A stretch of 63,910 bases of DNA, counting the filler, from Folioceros fuciformis (lineage: Eukaryota): NCBI GenBank assembly GCA_049999805.1. It is 7 parts of 7 records of this genome, joined end to end, with 100 filler letters (N's around TTAATTAATTAA, not from the genome) between each part and the next. Parts side by side here need not be neighbours in the genome. Positions count along the whole stretch, not along the records: positions 1 to 28,982 come from JBNGIO010001106.1; positions 29,083 to 34,755 come from JBNGIO010001108.1; 5 more parts are not named here. The stretch is one strand, 5' to 3'. The notes under the pieces are model-generated. The model was not told the DNA's origin. It was given only the letters and a program-made list of their open reading frames with translations, and searched no databases. Shown here piece after piece: positions 22,996 to 34,855 of this stretch (positions within the stretch are counted from its first letter, which is position 1; the number at the start of each line of letters is the position of its first letter). The position numbers were made by a program, and so were the translations under genes.

Positions 22996-25900
22996 ATGGC
23001 CCCCTCGATCCTCATTCCTGCATCAACCTCTCGGTGCTGCGTCGTCCATGCGCTCCTTTCCTTAGGACTGCTGAGGACGGCTGCCTTCTCCACCACCAGT
23101 CGTGCGAGTGCTCACAGCTTGAAGGTTCATACTAAGTTGTCTCAACTTTTTCGTAGGAGGCAGATCATGGATTCAACTGCTGCCTTTGATTATACCAGTT
23201 CGCACGATCATATTCATGCATCAAGGGAACGCGGTGGCATGGTGTGCAGAGTTCGTCCATTCTGAAATCAACGCAAGCACGACTTCCGAGTGCTAGAGCC
23301 TGCTTCTCGAAGTCCTATCGGGTGAGGTGAAGGAACTTGGAAAACTTGCGCACTTACCCGTGAAAGCTGCTGCAGCAGAAGCTTGATGGCCGTGTCGATT
23401 ATCGTGTGATGCATACTTCAGTACCCTGTTTCATTTGATTCAGAACTGTGTGCCATGGCTACAGACACATCCTACAACAAGGTGGAGCGGAAACGATAAG
23501 CCATGGGCCACAAGCACTCTAAGCACGGCAAGGTACTGACGCCGGCCAATCGGTGCATTGAGAAATCCTGAAATGCTGTGCGACTGCGTTTGGACATTCG
23601 AGATTGTGATGAACTCCCTCCAACAGTTGCTGCTTTGCTCTTGGACGCGTTGCGGCTTGCCGAAAATTGCACACTGGCAGCAGTGGACACTGGAGGGAAG
23701 TAGAACCAGTGGGAGGCAACTTGTACGGTGAAACCGTGGCTCACCATGTCCATGTATGACCAACCTAGATACTCCGGACCTTCCCCCGCCTTGTCGCAAG
23801 ACTTGTGACAGTGGGAACCACATTTATAGCTCACGCTGTCCACGAAATCAGATTTTCGTTATGCTTAGCTTGGCATGTGGCGAGCAGGGTTTGTTCTCGG
23901 CTTTCAGCATCATTTCTTCTTATTCAGAACAGCCGTGCATGATGTTGAACAGGCGTCCAAGGAAGGTGAAGGAGAAAAGGCGCCACGGCCTGAACTTCCC
24001 GGGCTGCGAAGGACGGTGTGGGAACAACAAGACAGGCAAGTTGAGTATCCCAAGCTGACCAGGGATGTGAGCGCAGATGTGGTGGTCGTTGGAGCTGGCA
24101 TTGCCGGCTTGAGCACTGCCTATCATCTCGCTAAAGCTGGCAAATCTGTGATAGTTCTCGAGGCTCACTGTCGAGGTAAGAATCTCTGAAGTGCCGGGAT
24201 TCCGCCACCACCATGCTCCAAAGCGTGTTATGTTTCAGGTCTAACCAACATGAGTTTGTAGGTGCTGGTATGACTGGGAGGACAACAGCGCACATAATGC
24301 CTTGGTATGACGATTATTACCAGAACGTGGAAAAGGACTTCGGACTAGCGAAGGCCAAGATCGTCGGAGAAAGCTATCGTTCAGCCATCGACTGGGTTGA
24401 GCGCATAGTCATCGATGAACACATCGATTGCGATTTCACTCGGCTCAACGGGTACCTTTTCCCTCACGAAGACACAAAACAGGCCCACGATCTCCTGCAA
24501 CAGGTGAGAAGTTGTTAGCTTCATTGCAGTTTCGTTGTTTGTAATCTCCCCTTTCCCTCTTCGCGCTTTTCATGAAGACTGTGAACTACGAAATGTTCAG
24601 GAGTATGAAGCGTCTCGACGGGTTGGGTTTGATGTACGGATGGTGGACCTTGGGAAAGATCCAGTGTCCGGCCACATTGGAACTGCAATTGAGTTTCCTA
24701 GGGCTGCCGATTTTCATCCTCTCAAGTGAGCTCTCATTGTGATGTTACTAATGATCCGCTGCTGGCCATGGATAGTTGTGCACGCCCATCTGATTCTTAT
24801 GGGATTACGATTGACTTGTCCCCAGATACCTGGACGGGCTAGCAAGGGCCCTGACGAGGAGAGGAGGAAAGCTGTATGAGATGACCAGGGTCGTCAAAAC
24901 CCAAGGCAATCAAGTGACTACGGAAGATGATATCACAGTGACTGCAGGAGCTGTTGTCCTGGCTACCTGCTCTCCAATCAATCACAATATAGCTATCCAT
25001 GCGCGCCAAGTTCCCAAGCGCACCTATGTTGTGGGCCTGCGAATTCCCAGGGGCTCTGTGAAGTAAGCTCCTTCTCTTCCCGACCTTCAGGCTACAGGCG
25101 CATATGGATTCGAGTCCTTTCCGGAACCGATGCTGGCAGATGTCTGTCGTAGCTTTCTAGCCTGACTCGTGACACGGTTCACATTGGGGAGAACCATTGA
25201 CAGTTTTGAAACTCTCTTCGATGCAGGAGGGCGCAGTATTGGGACACCGCACAACCTTACCACTATGTGAGATTGGAACCGAAAGGCGATTATGACATCC
25301 TGGTGGTTGGGGGAGAGGATACCAGCATAGGAATAAAGCCCACTGATTATCACGATCCATACAAGAACCTCGAGCTTTGGGCTAAGAAGCGCTGGACCTT
25401 AGCAGAGGATGTTGAGTACTCTTGGACAGGGGAGGTAAGCTGAGTGGAGGAAGCTACTGCTTGTGCTTTCGAGGTGCTCGCGTTTCTGTGATGAACGCTG
25501 ACATGTCTAAGCTTTGCTGTGATGTAAGTGGTTCGATCCCGCGGATTACCTCCACCTGATTGGGCCAGATCCTCTGGAATTTGGAGCTCATGATCAATAC
25601 ATTGCAACAGGTGTTTTGCGTGTTTTTCGGCGTGTGTTGGAAACTGATTCTCTCCTCCGTAAATGATTCTTGAAACAAGTCTGTGCATAACTTGTGGACA
25701 GGTGACAGTGGTCAAGGTATGACGGGCGGTACCATCGCTGGTGTCCTGCTCTCGGACCTTATACTTGGAAGGGAAAACCCATGGGCTGAAGTTTACAGTC
25801 CGCGAAGGGCGCTCCCGCTGTCGAAGGACACAGTGAAGAGCGTTGGGGAGGAAGTGATGCACACCATCCAGGTAAGTCATCCAGTACAGCCCCCCCACCA

Positions 25901-26347
25901 TCTGCGGCTTCAACTTTTGTCGCTGTCGCGAGTGGATCAAACAAGGGGTGCCCTTTTTTGTATGCAGGGTTACAAGGACAGGGTGCTACCAATAACGGGT
26001 GCCGACTCTGTTGACATTGAAGACCTTCTGCCCAGTAGCGGAGCCGTCATCCAGAAAGGATTTCACAAGATTGCTGTATACAAGGACGAGAACGGACAAG
26101 TCCATAAATACTCTGGTGAGGAATGTGGATTTATTGCCATGCTTGTCACTCCTTCCTGTGCACGCATTCCACAATTCGCCTTCCTTATTCCTCCTTTGCA
26201 GCGGTGTGCCCCCACATGAAGTGCAGCGTCAAGTGGAATCCCGTGGATGGAAGTTTCGATTGTCCCTGCCACGGTTCGGTGTTCGACTGCTATGGACGCG
26301 TTGTGAGCGCACCTGCCAAGCAAGACCTAAGCCCCATCGTGTCCTGA
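22996..26347 (+). CDS. FAD-dependent (DAO-family) oxidoreductase with C-terminal Rieske [2Fe-2S] domain, YhfW/PuuB-like architecture, probable organelle transit peptide
   Basis: Core exons 23928-24175, 24262-24503, 24601-24725, 24826-25062, 25227-25434, 25529-25610, 25702-25871, 25968-26115, 26202-26347 splice in frame. Motifs: DVVVVGAGIAGLSTAYHLA (GxGxxG), GAGMTGRTTAHI, YWDT..PYHYVR, YIATGDSGQGMTGGT, and Rieske ligands CPH...CPCHGS. Tentative 5' exons 22996-23124, 23250-23321 and 23444-23481 give an S/R/A-rich leader (lower confidence). Confidence 0.88.
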
Positions 26348-26378
26348 AGGCCCTGCAGCTCGTGTAAATAATCCAAGT

Positions 26379-26660
26379 ATGGACAAGGCCGAGGATGAGA
26401 GGCGACAAGAGCGCTGCGACGAGAAAATTCGAGCTTTGCAGAACTGTCACCGGAAGCATCGGAGCGAGATAGAGCGTGAGTTATTGTGTAAGCATTTGAA
26501 CTACGGGGCTGCTTTGTGCCTGGTGTGGACCATATGCCCTGGACAGGTGGAGGCGGTAGAGAGTTTGTGCGAGAGCGTCGGGACCGCGTCCAAGCGTCGG
26601 CAGTGTGAGAGTGCGAAGGCAGGACTGGAGGCTTGTCTTTCTACTCACGTGGAACAATAG
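26379..26660 (+). CDS. 93-aa intronless twin CX9C (CHCH-like) protein, probable mitochondrial intermembrane-space type
   Basis: Four helical cysteine pairs: CDEKIRALQNC (CX9C), CKHLNYGAALC (CX9C), CPGQVEAVESLC (CX10C), CESAKAGLEAC (CX9C). Clean ATG..TAG. Confidence 0.8.
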   Translation: MDKAEDERRQERCDEKIRALQNCHRKHRSEIERELLCKHLNYGAALCLVWTICPGQVEAVESLCESVGTASKRRQCESAKAGLEACLSTHVEQ

Positions 26661-27031
26661 ATTTTCTGTTTGCGTCTTCTCACACAGGCTACTTGTACGG
26701 AAAAGCGTCGTGTCCTTTTTTTTGTCCCGAACAGCGCGATGATCGAGAATCCTCGATCAGCTTTTCGGAATAAGCCTTCTGACATGCATCTATTTTGTAG
26801 CAATTGCTAGCGAGGTTGTTAAGTGCAATGGAGTGCTCTAAGAGAACCTGTTCCACAGTTTGTTTGCGTTTCATGCAAGAACCCCAAACCACTACTAGTG
26901 TACATCACTATTTTTGCCGATGAGAAGATGAATCCTTTCCTCTGCGATATGATCATGAACAAGCAGCAGCCTCTGAATGTGACACCCTTCTCACTCCCCA
27001 CACTGCCCTCCAAAAATTAAGATGCTGACAA

Positions 27032-28613
27032 CTATGAACCAGCTCGTCCGTACGTGCCTCCTGGTTGGAGCTCCTCCAGAATGTGGATATCCCTTGCGCC
27101 ACCGACTTCACGCAGCCCACACCATCCTTTCCGGGTCAAAAACTCGCGAAAATCATCCTCGGTGTACAGAATCTGTTGTTCCGCGTTACCAGTCGGGTGA
27201 CCAGCTTCGTTGTAGGTACACACCTTTACAGTCACACCTGCAAAGCATATGCACCACAACGATCAGCGAAACACCCGCGTCCCATCTCCCTATACAACCT
27301 TTGCCTACGCAAAAGGCCTGCCAAACATGCGGACAGGGAGGATCGTACAGATACCTTGGTCAAGATTTAGGTAGTAGGTAGATAACGGCATGTCGCGACT
27401 CAAAGTTTGCACGATGCCATCTTCGTCCTCAAGCCAGAACAGTCGCTTCGTGCGTAGACCGAACGCAGATTTGATGGAATCTTTGATGAATTCAGAGGGC
27501 CCATCGATCCTTATTCTCCTTGTCATATCACCACACTTCACGACGATGATTTTCCCCTCTAAGGACATGCGTTGCTCCCTGCCTGCACAGCCATCAATGT
27601 GCAGTGCAGAATCTGTTAGACGCAGAACCACGATTGTAAGCTGACTCGGACCAGTCACAGTGCTAAAAGGATGGAAGCGTCCACAAACGAAACCACCTTT
27701 CGAAAGGAAGGCTTTGGATGGAGTGTGACTACTTACCATCACCGTTGGCACCTGTATCCCTCCAGTTCCAAGCTGAATTGATCCCATTGGGCGCCACCAT
27801 GAGATGCGAAGCCAGCTCTGCTGAGGAGAGAGCATTGGGGTGCCCTTCATGATCTAGTCTGCGTTCAAAACTCAGAGCACCTCTAATTGGTCCTGCTGAC
27901 AACAGAAAAGTACATCTTCAATGAGCCAAGGAAAGACCAGAAATCACCAAAACACCCCTCAGAAACGACGTTTATCACCTGAGTTTCCAAAATGATTGAG
28001 CCCTGGGGGTTCAGTGTTTTCCCATCGTGGTTGACCTGCAACCACTTGGGGGGTTGCAGAACAAATGAGCACAAATCAGAAGCCGCGAAAGTAAGCGCAC
28101 CTCAAGTCTCGGACAAAACGAAGCTGTCCTGTGATATGCAAGATGCACAGGGCATGAAATACCTTTGGGAGACAGGAGAGGACTAGCTTCGAGTTTGGCA
28201 GGACTCCTGTACGGCGTCGTTTTGATAGACCGCTCTCCAAGGATTTCTTCCAGATCCTTGTAGCACGCAAACTTAGCAGAGCCACCCCTCTCCTGCTGCT
28301 GCCTGGCCTTCTTATACTCCTTGAGTAGATTCCTCCACTTATCCGTGCACATAGTACCCGACCTCTCATAACCACGGTCCTTCATCTTCATGGCGATCTG
28401 CTCCCAAAGATGCTTGTTCGATTTGGAAGTATTGAAAACATTGTCCATCTCCTTCCTGAAGGCAATCAGCGCCTTCATCTCTTCCTGTGCCCATGTCTCT
28501 GCCCTTTTCTTTGGAGTCTTGATCTCAGGATCGTCCGTGTCTGTGAGCATCAGTTGCTGAGCAGAACCTAGCTGATCAGCTGACAAAGTGCTGGAGGGAA
28601 CACCAACTTCCAT
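27032..28613 (-). CDS. Trihelix transcription factor, GT-1/GT-4 clade
   Basis: Exons 28613-28163, 28035-27979, 27892-27737, 27582-27355, 27237-27032 (all phase 1, GT-AG). [35 protein letters not shown] trihelix domain, [16 protein letters not shown], and the GT-1 C-terminal domain [33 protein letters not shown]. Confidence 0.95.
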
Positions 28614-28982
28614 GGTCAGAGGCAATTTACCCCTCTCCTCTTCAATCGCCTCCTACTACTGACCTACACATGCAAACTCCCTAAAAGACGACTTTCATAA
28701 AGCTCGCAAGTGAGGTCTAAATCCAAAGAAACCCAGCCCAACAAGAATTCGGGGGGGAGCAACAGACGACCACACGCAGCGTCTACGTGACTTCCAGGAG
28801 TGGGATGGGAATGCTGGTACCAACCCCTGACCTAATTAACAACCAAGAAAACCTAAGCTATGCTCATCCTCCGAATTCCCCCTCTCCTGTCCAGCCCCCG
28901 GGCCAGCATGTTGCACATCCAGATGCAGCCCTGCCTTCACTTGGGCTCAGGAAAGACACATACGGCTCCGGATTAGCAAGGC

Positions 28983-29082
28983 NNNNNNNNNNNNNNNNNN
29001 NNNNNNNNNNNNNNNNNNNNNNNNNNTTAATTAATTAANNNNNNNNNNNNNNNNNNNNNNNNNNNNNNNNNNNNNNNNNNNN
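28983..29082. other. Artificial contig linker (N44-TTAATTAATTAA-N44)
   Basis: 100-nt spacer with stop codons in all six frames, identical at all six gaps. Confidence 0.98.
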
Positions 29083-30680
29083 GGGAGAAGGTATTCCCAC
29101 AGAGGATTTGCCCCCTATTACTCAACTTCTGCCAAATGATGCCAGAATCGAGCAAACTCCGTCAAGAATTGAGGCGGATCTAAGGGGTGTGGAAGATTGC
29201 AGGATGAGAAGCAATTCTTGGCTGATTTGACCTGAAATCCACCAAATTCAAGAGAACCATGTGAATTTATTGAGCAGGATAAGGTAGAGCAGACAAATCC
29301 ATGAGGTTTGTTGCAACCCCTGCCTATTCCAAGTGGGCCTTCGAAGAGCATATCAATGGATTTTGTTATGCCATTGCCACCCAGTAATGGATACACATAT
29401 ATCATGACAATTTCTGATAGGTTCAGCAAGCAAGCACACTTTATCCCCACGAAGAAGCAAGTGAAGGCTTTAGAAGTTGCTCAATTGTTTAAGAAGCATA
29501 TCTATGTGTTACATGGATTGCCTATGCAAATTGTGAGTGATAGAGATCCCAGATTCACAATGGAATTTTGGCAACAGCTTATGAAGAGCTTGGGAGTGCA
29601 ACTACGTTTAAGCACAGCATATCATCCTGATATAAATAGATCTACGGAAAGGGTAAACAGAATCCAAGAGGAATACTTACGACACTATGTACAGATGGAC
29701 CAGAGAAACTGGAGTGATCATATTGAGGATGCAGAGTTTTGTTATAACAATATTGTACATAGCTCCACAGGCTATGCACCTTTTCAAATGATAGGTAACG
29801 AAGCAATGGACGCAGTTTCCATGTTGAATGCTGGCGTGTTTGAGACAGCAGCAAGAGAACCACGTGAATTTATTGAGCAGTTGAGGGCCAGGCATGAAAT
29901 TGCTAAGAGGATTTTGGTCAAAGCTCAAGACAGGCAAAGAAATTTGCTAATAGGCACAATATGTTTGTAAATTCCATCCAAATAAAACAGCTTCTTCAAC
30001 TTCTCATAAGTTGTGTCAATTCCCCAATAACCAGCACTTGGTACATCGTGATATTCTGCAAGCAATTTTCTTCTCAACTCTTGAGAATCAGGAATCACAA
30101 TCATGTTTTGCTTGAACATTAACAAACCATTTCTAAGCTTAAACTTAGACCCCGGTTGCTCTATTTCACTGATCCAATCTTGCACTAATGGATCGTGCAG
30201 ATAAGCCTCCTTAATTTGCATATGAGTGTCTCTTAGCTCAATCGCCATCTGTGTTGCAATTAGCTTAGGATTCTTCAGCTTAAAAACAAATATCAAACTC
30301 AACTTCTACTTGCGACTGAGAGCATATGCCACGAGATTCTCCTTCCCTGGCTTATACTTAATCTCCACATCATACATCGCTAGGAAATCTTGCCATGTAG
30401 CTTGTCTTGCATTTAGTCGCAGCTGATTAGGAAAGAAGCTTGTACTTACATTAGCTGTGTACAGCACAAAAGATCTTCCAAGAAGATAGTGTCTCCAAAT
30501 CTTGAGACAATTGATGACGGCTGTCATCTCCTTCTCATATGTGGGGTATTTTCTCTCATGTTCATGCAACTTTTCTTGATTCGTAAGCCACTGGCCTACC
30601 TTCTTACATAAGCACTCCTCCAACAGCTGTATCTGATGCATCAGTATGCACGTTGTAGGGTTATTAAAGCCCAATGTGCT
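29083..30680. mobile_element. Decayed, internally rearranged Ty3/gypsy pol (integrase core on +, RNase H and integrase Zn-binding region on -)
   Basis: + 29308-29970: LQPLPIP..SISMDFV..ISDRFSKQAHFIP..IVSDRDPRF..STAYHP (gypsy integrase). - 30674-29960: ERKYPTYEKEMTAV..WRHYLLG..YKPGKENLVAYALSR (gypsy RNase H) and YHDVPSAGYWGIDTTY. Stops and frameshifts present. Confidence 0.92.
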
Positions 30681-33600
30681 TAGACTAATGTGATTAGTCT
30701 AATTAGACTAATGTGATCAATTTAATTAGACTAATGCAATCAGTCTAATATTAGTATTTAATTAAATATCATTAGCTTAAGCTAATCTTTAGGAAGCTTC
30801 CTGTGGAGTGGAACTTGCACCAAAGAACCACCAAGGGCCACACTTCCCCCTTATTATCGTCGTAGTACTAGGATTCGCTCCCAAGGGAGTGAACCAGTGT
30901 CAAGGTTTTCTATAATCTCCCCCACTCTGCCCTAAGCTAATCCTATCTATCAGCCGGCTCCTATACCTAACCACACTACAGCAAAAAGATCAGAGCCCTG
31001 TCTTCAATACCAGCTACAACCCCAGTTGAATGAGGACTCAGCATCATCTTTAGCTCCCTCTCCTAGCTCCGGGTACTAGCTGCCTCAGCAGCTGAGAGGA
31101 GGTTCCAGCCCTGGCCTCAACCTCCACTCTCAGCCCTAAATGCCATCGACCTCAGCAGCTGATTGAGAACTTCAGCACCTAAGCTCCTCACCTCAGCACA
31201 ACAGCTCTCTACTCCAGCACTTCAAACCTCTACTCCAGCACTTCAAACCTCTTCAATCCTTCACCATCACGTTTCACTCCTGGATTTTGAAACATAGCAG
31301 CCCCTCACTTGCAGTCCTTGAGGCAGGGATGTGCAAACCCAGGCTGGATGGCCTCCTCGGGCCATAGCCCTGCAATTCGTTGCCTTGGAAACCCCTAAGG
31401 GACGTCAAGGTACCCCAACCACCCAACCAGCATGCAAGAAAAGTCAGCCCCTACGGCGATTTTGGGAGCCACCACGTTCCACTAGTGGCATGGGGAATCA
31501 AGGCCGAGGCACATCTGCACACTGGGTTAAACCTCTAACCCAATAGCCTGTACACAAGGTCAAAGGAGCTCTCACCAAAAAAAGCCTCCCCCTCAATGAC
31601 AAGCCTGGTCTCTTATACCCCTTGGCCAGGGACCTCTATCACTGCCTAACTAGGTCAACACGCCTCCGACATAACCCTCCACTTGTCAAAACCCTAAACC
31701 TAACTCTGACCTAATCCTAACCCTAACTCTAACCTAACCCTAACCCCGACTTGTGCCCTGGTTGCTCTTATCAAAATTAATCAACCTCTCAAAACTACCA
31801 AAACTCACGAGTGCCTCTCGACACTCTCTTCCCCCCTTCGATCCTCTCCTTTCCCTTAGATCATCTGCAACCCTTCAAAGACCCCATTGTCTTTAGATCC
31901 TTTCCTCCATTCTGCTGGGCCTTGGCTGGCCAAGGCCCATGACCCGGTAGACCTACTCATCTAGTGTCTTGCAGCCCATCCCCAGACAGCTAACCATCAG
32001 CCAGGGCCTGGGCACCTTCCCTTGCATCTGCAGTCAGCCAGATTTGCCCGAGACCACAGCCCAAATCCCGCTACCTTTCTTGCTTAGGATCCTGCAGCCA
32101 GGCTGCTGCCTGGCTCCCGAATCCAGCCCCCAGCCGCCTCACGAGGGCCACACCTTGCTCCCCGCTTGGTAGGCCTGGCCGTTGCCTTGTGAGTTGTTGT
32201 GACGCCATCTTGCATTGTGTGAAGGGCCGGCGCCGTTTGCGATCTTGCTTCACAGCTAGCACCAGACAATCAGAGTGCTTCATACAGTACTTGGGAGTGT
32301 CTTCTTTCCCCAGGATCCTCCATAACAGTCCTCGTCTGCGCTGTCCCAGGATTATTGCAGATGCAGAGGCTTCCAGCTCTTGGTATCCGACACTATGGTA
32401 GGGCCTTGATCACCTTCAACAACTATGATCTCCACTCTTGCCTCATGATTTTGACGGTCACACAACTTCTTGAGGAACAGAGCAAGCTGATAACCTTTGA
32501 GCCGGAGGAGCCTGCGAGTCATGTCCACAACCTTGGCCCCACCCTTAAGCAAGCATGTTGCACTGTGAACGGGGGAAGAAGGACGGCCAGGGATAGAGGG
32601 GTGCACATGCAACAAGGTGATAATGTCTTCCCTGCGGACCACATTGAGCATGGCCCAGCGTAATGTAGCCCTTGCAGACTTCACATCATCCACCACCATC
32701 CTCCTCGCCTCCTGCCCGTTCGCTTGAGGCTGCAAGCACCCGCTTTTATCCCGTTCCATGCACCCCACTCTCCTACCTCTGCCTCCCCGTCCACCTTCAA
32801 TTCCCCTGGCCAGTCAGCCACCCAGGCGGCCCCAGCTCAACCAGCCACAGCCAGCCTGCCATGCCTGGAGCGCCCTGCCGACAGCCCGCCTCCAGCGTCC
32901 CGCGTGGCCTGCCTGCGCTACTGGTTCGAATCTGGCCAGCCTACTTGGATCTAGCCAGCCCCTTGCACCACGACCTCGGCCACAACTCAGCCAGCCCGCC
33001 GACTGGCCACGGTCCAACCAGTCAGCCTGGTTGGCTGAATCCTCCGCTCCTTGACCTACTTGGATCCAGCTGCGACCAGCTCGCCCAGAGGCCGCACACC
33101 GGCCTTCCGTCCTCATAGATTTGGCCAAGCAACTAGCCCCCCCCCAGATCCCGCTGAGCCAACCGCCGGCCGCCAGGCAGGTACTTGCTCTGGCAGCGCC
33201 CCCTGCTCCTCGCCCTGCCGGCCAGGTTCTCCTCCAGCCTGCACCAGGCGGCTACCTGTTCGGATCCACCTACCGGCTGCTTGCTAGATCCACCCCAACG
33301 ACCTGCGCAGCCCGCTAGTCAGGTCAGCCAGCCTCCTGCCTGCCCAGATTTAGTTGCCATCTGCTACTTGGGATCTTGCAGCCAAGCCGCTGCCCACCTT
33401 TTGGATTCGGCCCCGGCATGCCATGCCCGAAGTGTTCTACATACTAGGATCTGGCCAAGCCTAAGTCAACCCGCCAGGCCCGTCAATCGATCATGCCCGC
33501 CTTCTGGATCTAGTAGCCTTGCCTGTCTGCCTGGCCGGGCTGGGCTGCCTGCTCATTAACGAGCTGCTGTTGGGCCAACCACCAGCCAGGATTTCCCCCC

Positions 33601-34755
33601 CGGCCTCGACACCCCAGCCGGCCGCCTGCCTCCGGCCAGGGGGCCAGCTGAGCCCGCTGGCCAGCCTGCTGGATTCACCTGCCCGCCTCAGCAGCCGTGC
33701 CAGCCGCCGCAGCCCCCTCCTAGCGGATTCTCCCAGGCCGCCCACCTGCCTGGCCTGCGCCGAGCTGGGCCAGCTGCAGCCAGCCTACAAGCTGCCTGCA
33801 ACTGGGCCAGCCTTCGTCGCCTGGCGATCCCGTTAGCCTAGTCTCCATCGTAGGCCGCCAATCGGGCCTGGGGTGCCCTTTCTTCGTCCCTGGCAGGCCA
33901 GCCACCCGTCTGGCCTACCCGGCTACCTGCCTGCAGCTTGCCTGGCTGGCCCCAAATCGGCCAGCCAGATCGGCCACAGCCCGCCTGAGCCTCACCTGCT
34001 AGCCAGCCCCCCTTCTTGCCTCGCCTCAACCAGCCATCAGCCACCGGCCCTGGGTTTCGGATCTGCCACCAGCCAACCAGGCCCACTCGCCACCAGTCGA
34101 TGGTGGCGCCTACCTGCAAGTTGCCTGCCCGCGCCTGGCTGGTCTGCCTCTTAGATCTGGCACTGCCGCAGCCTCGGAGCGGCCTGCCCCCAACTGGGGC
34201 CTCCCCTGTTAGCTATCTCCCCGCCTGGCCCCCGGATCGGCCAGCCAGCACGGGCGGATCCAGCACCGCCCCTGGCTGATCTGCTCCTGCCTGCATGATG
34301 CCTGGCCAGATCCGGCCAACCCACCTTCCCAAACCAGCCTGCCGAACGCCATCCAGGCCCGACTCAGATTTGCTGCCAACCCGCCACCCTGCCTACCTTC
34401 CGGATCTGGCCAACTAGCCAGCCGATCGGAGTCGATTAGCAAGCTTGCCTCGCTTGGTTGCCTGGCCGCGGCCCAGCCCGCCTGTTGTGGGTCTGCTGCT
34501 GCAGCTAGCCAGCGTTGCCTGGTGATCCAGCAAGGCACCGTCCTTGCTCCGCCCCGGATTCACCTCCAGCCTCTTGGCCTGGATCTGGCCAACCTGCCTG
34601 CTTGCCTGACTCCTTGCAGGATTCCGGCCAGTTAGCCTGCTTCCGAATCCGGCCCCAGCCGTCTAGAGCCCCACCTCCCGTGCAACTAACCTTCAGCACT
34701 AGCCAGACCGCCCGCACAGAGGCCACACGCCGGCCTCCTACCTTGATCCAGACTC
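30681..34755 (+). mobile_element. Unclassified long repeat with a C-rich low-complexity body (family A, copy 1); 5' boundary approximate, truncated by linker
   Basis: 31811-32180 aligns by eye with the reverse complement of 56514-56897. Further matching blocks at about 32986-33020 (vs about 56437-56470) and about 33510-33610 (vs about 55820-55905). Confidence 0.7.
32185..32768 (-). pseudogene. Universal stress protein (USP-A-like) pseudogene, intronless, frameshifted, embedded in repeat family A
   Basis: RRMVVDDVKSARATLRWAMLNVVRREDIITLLHV..LRLKGYQLAL..VEIIVVEGDQGPTIVS, then a frameshift into ILGQRRRGLLWRILG..YCMKHSDCLVLAVK, a typical plant USP domain. Confidence 0.85.
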
Positions 34756-34855
34756 NNNNNNNNNNNNNNNNNNNNNNNNNNNNNNNNNNNNNNNNNNNNT
34801 TAATTAATTAANNNNNNNNNNNNNNNNNNNNNNNNNNNNNNNNNNNNNNNNNNNN
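34756..34855. other. Artificial contig linker
   Basis: N44-TTAATTAATTAA-N44. Confidence 0.98.

Noticed and set aside
32672..34755. Many overlapping Pro/Ala/Gly-rich ORFs here and at 54976-56497
   Set aside because: Expected by chance in GC-rich low-complexity repeat DNA; no domain is recognisable and frames do not appear conserved between the two copies.
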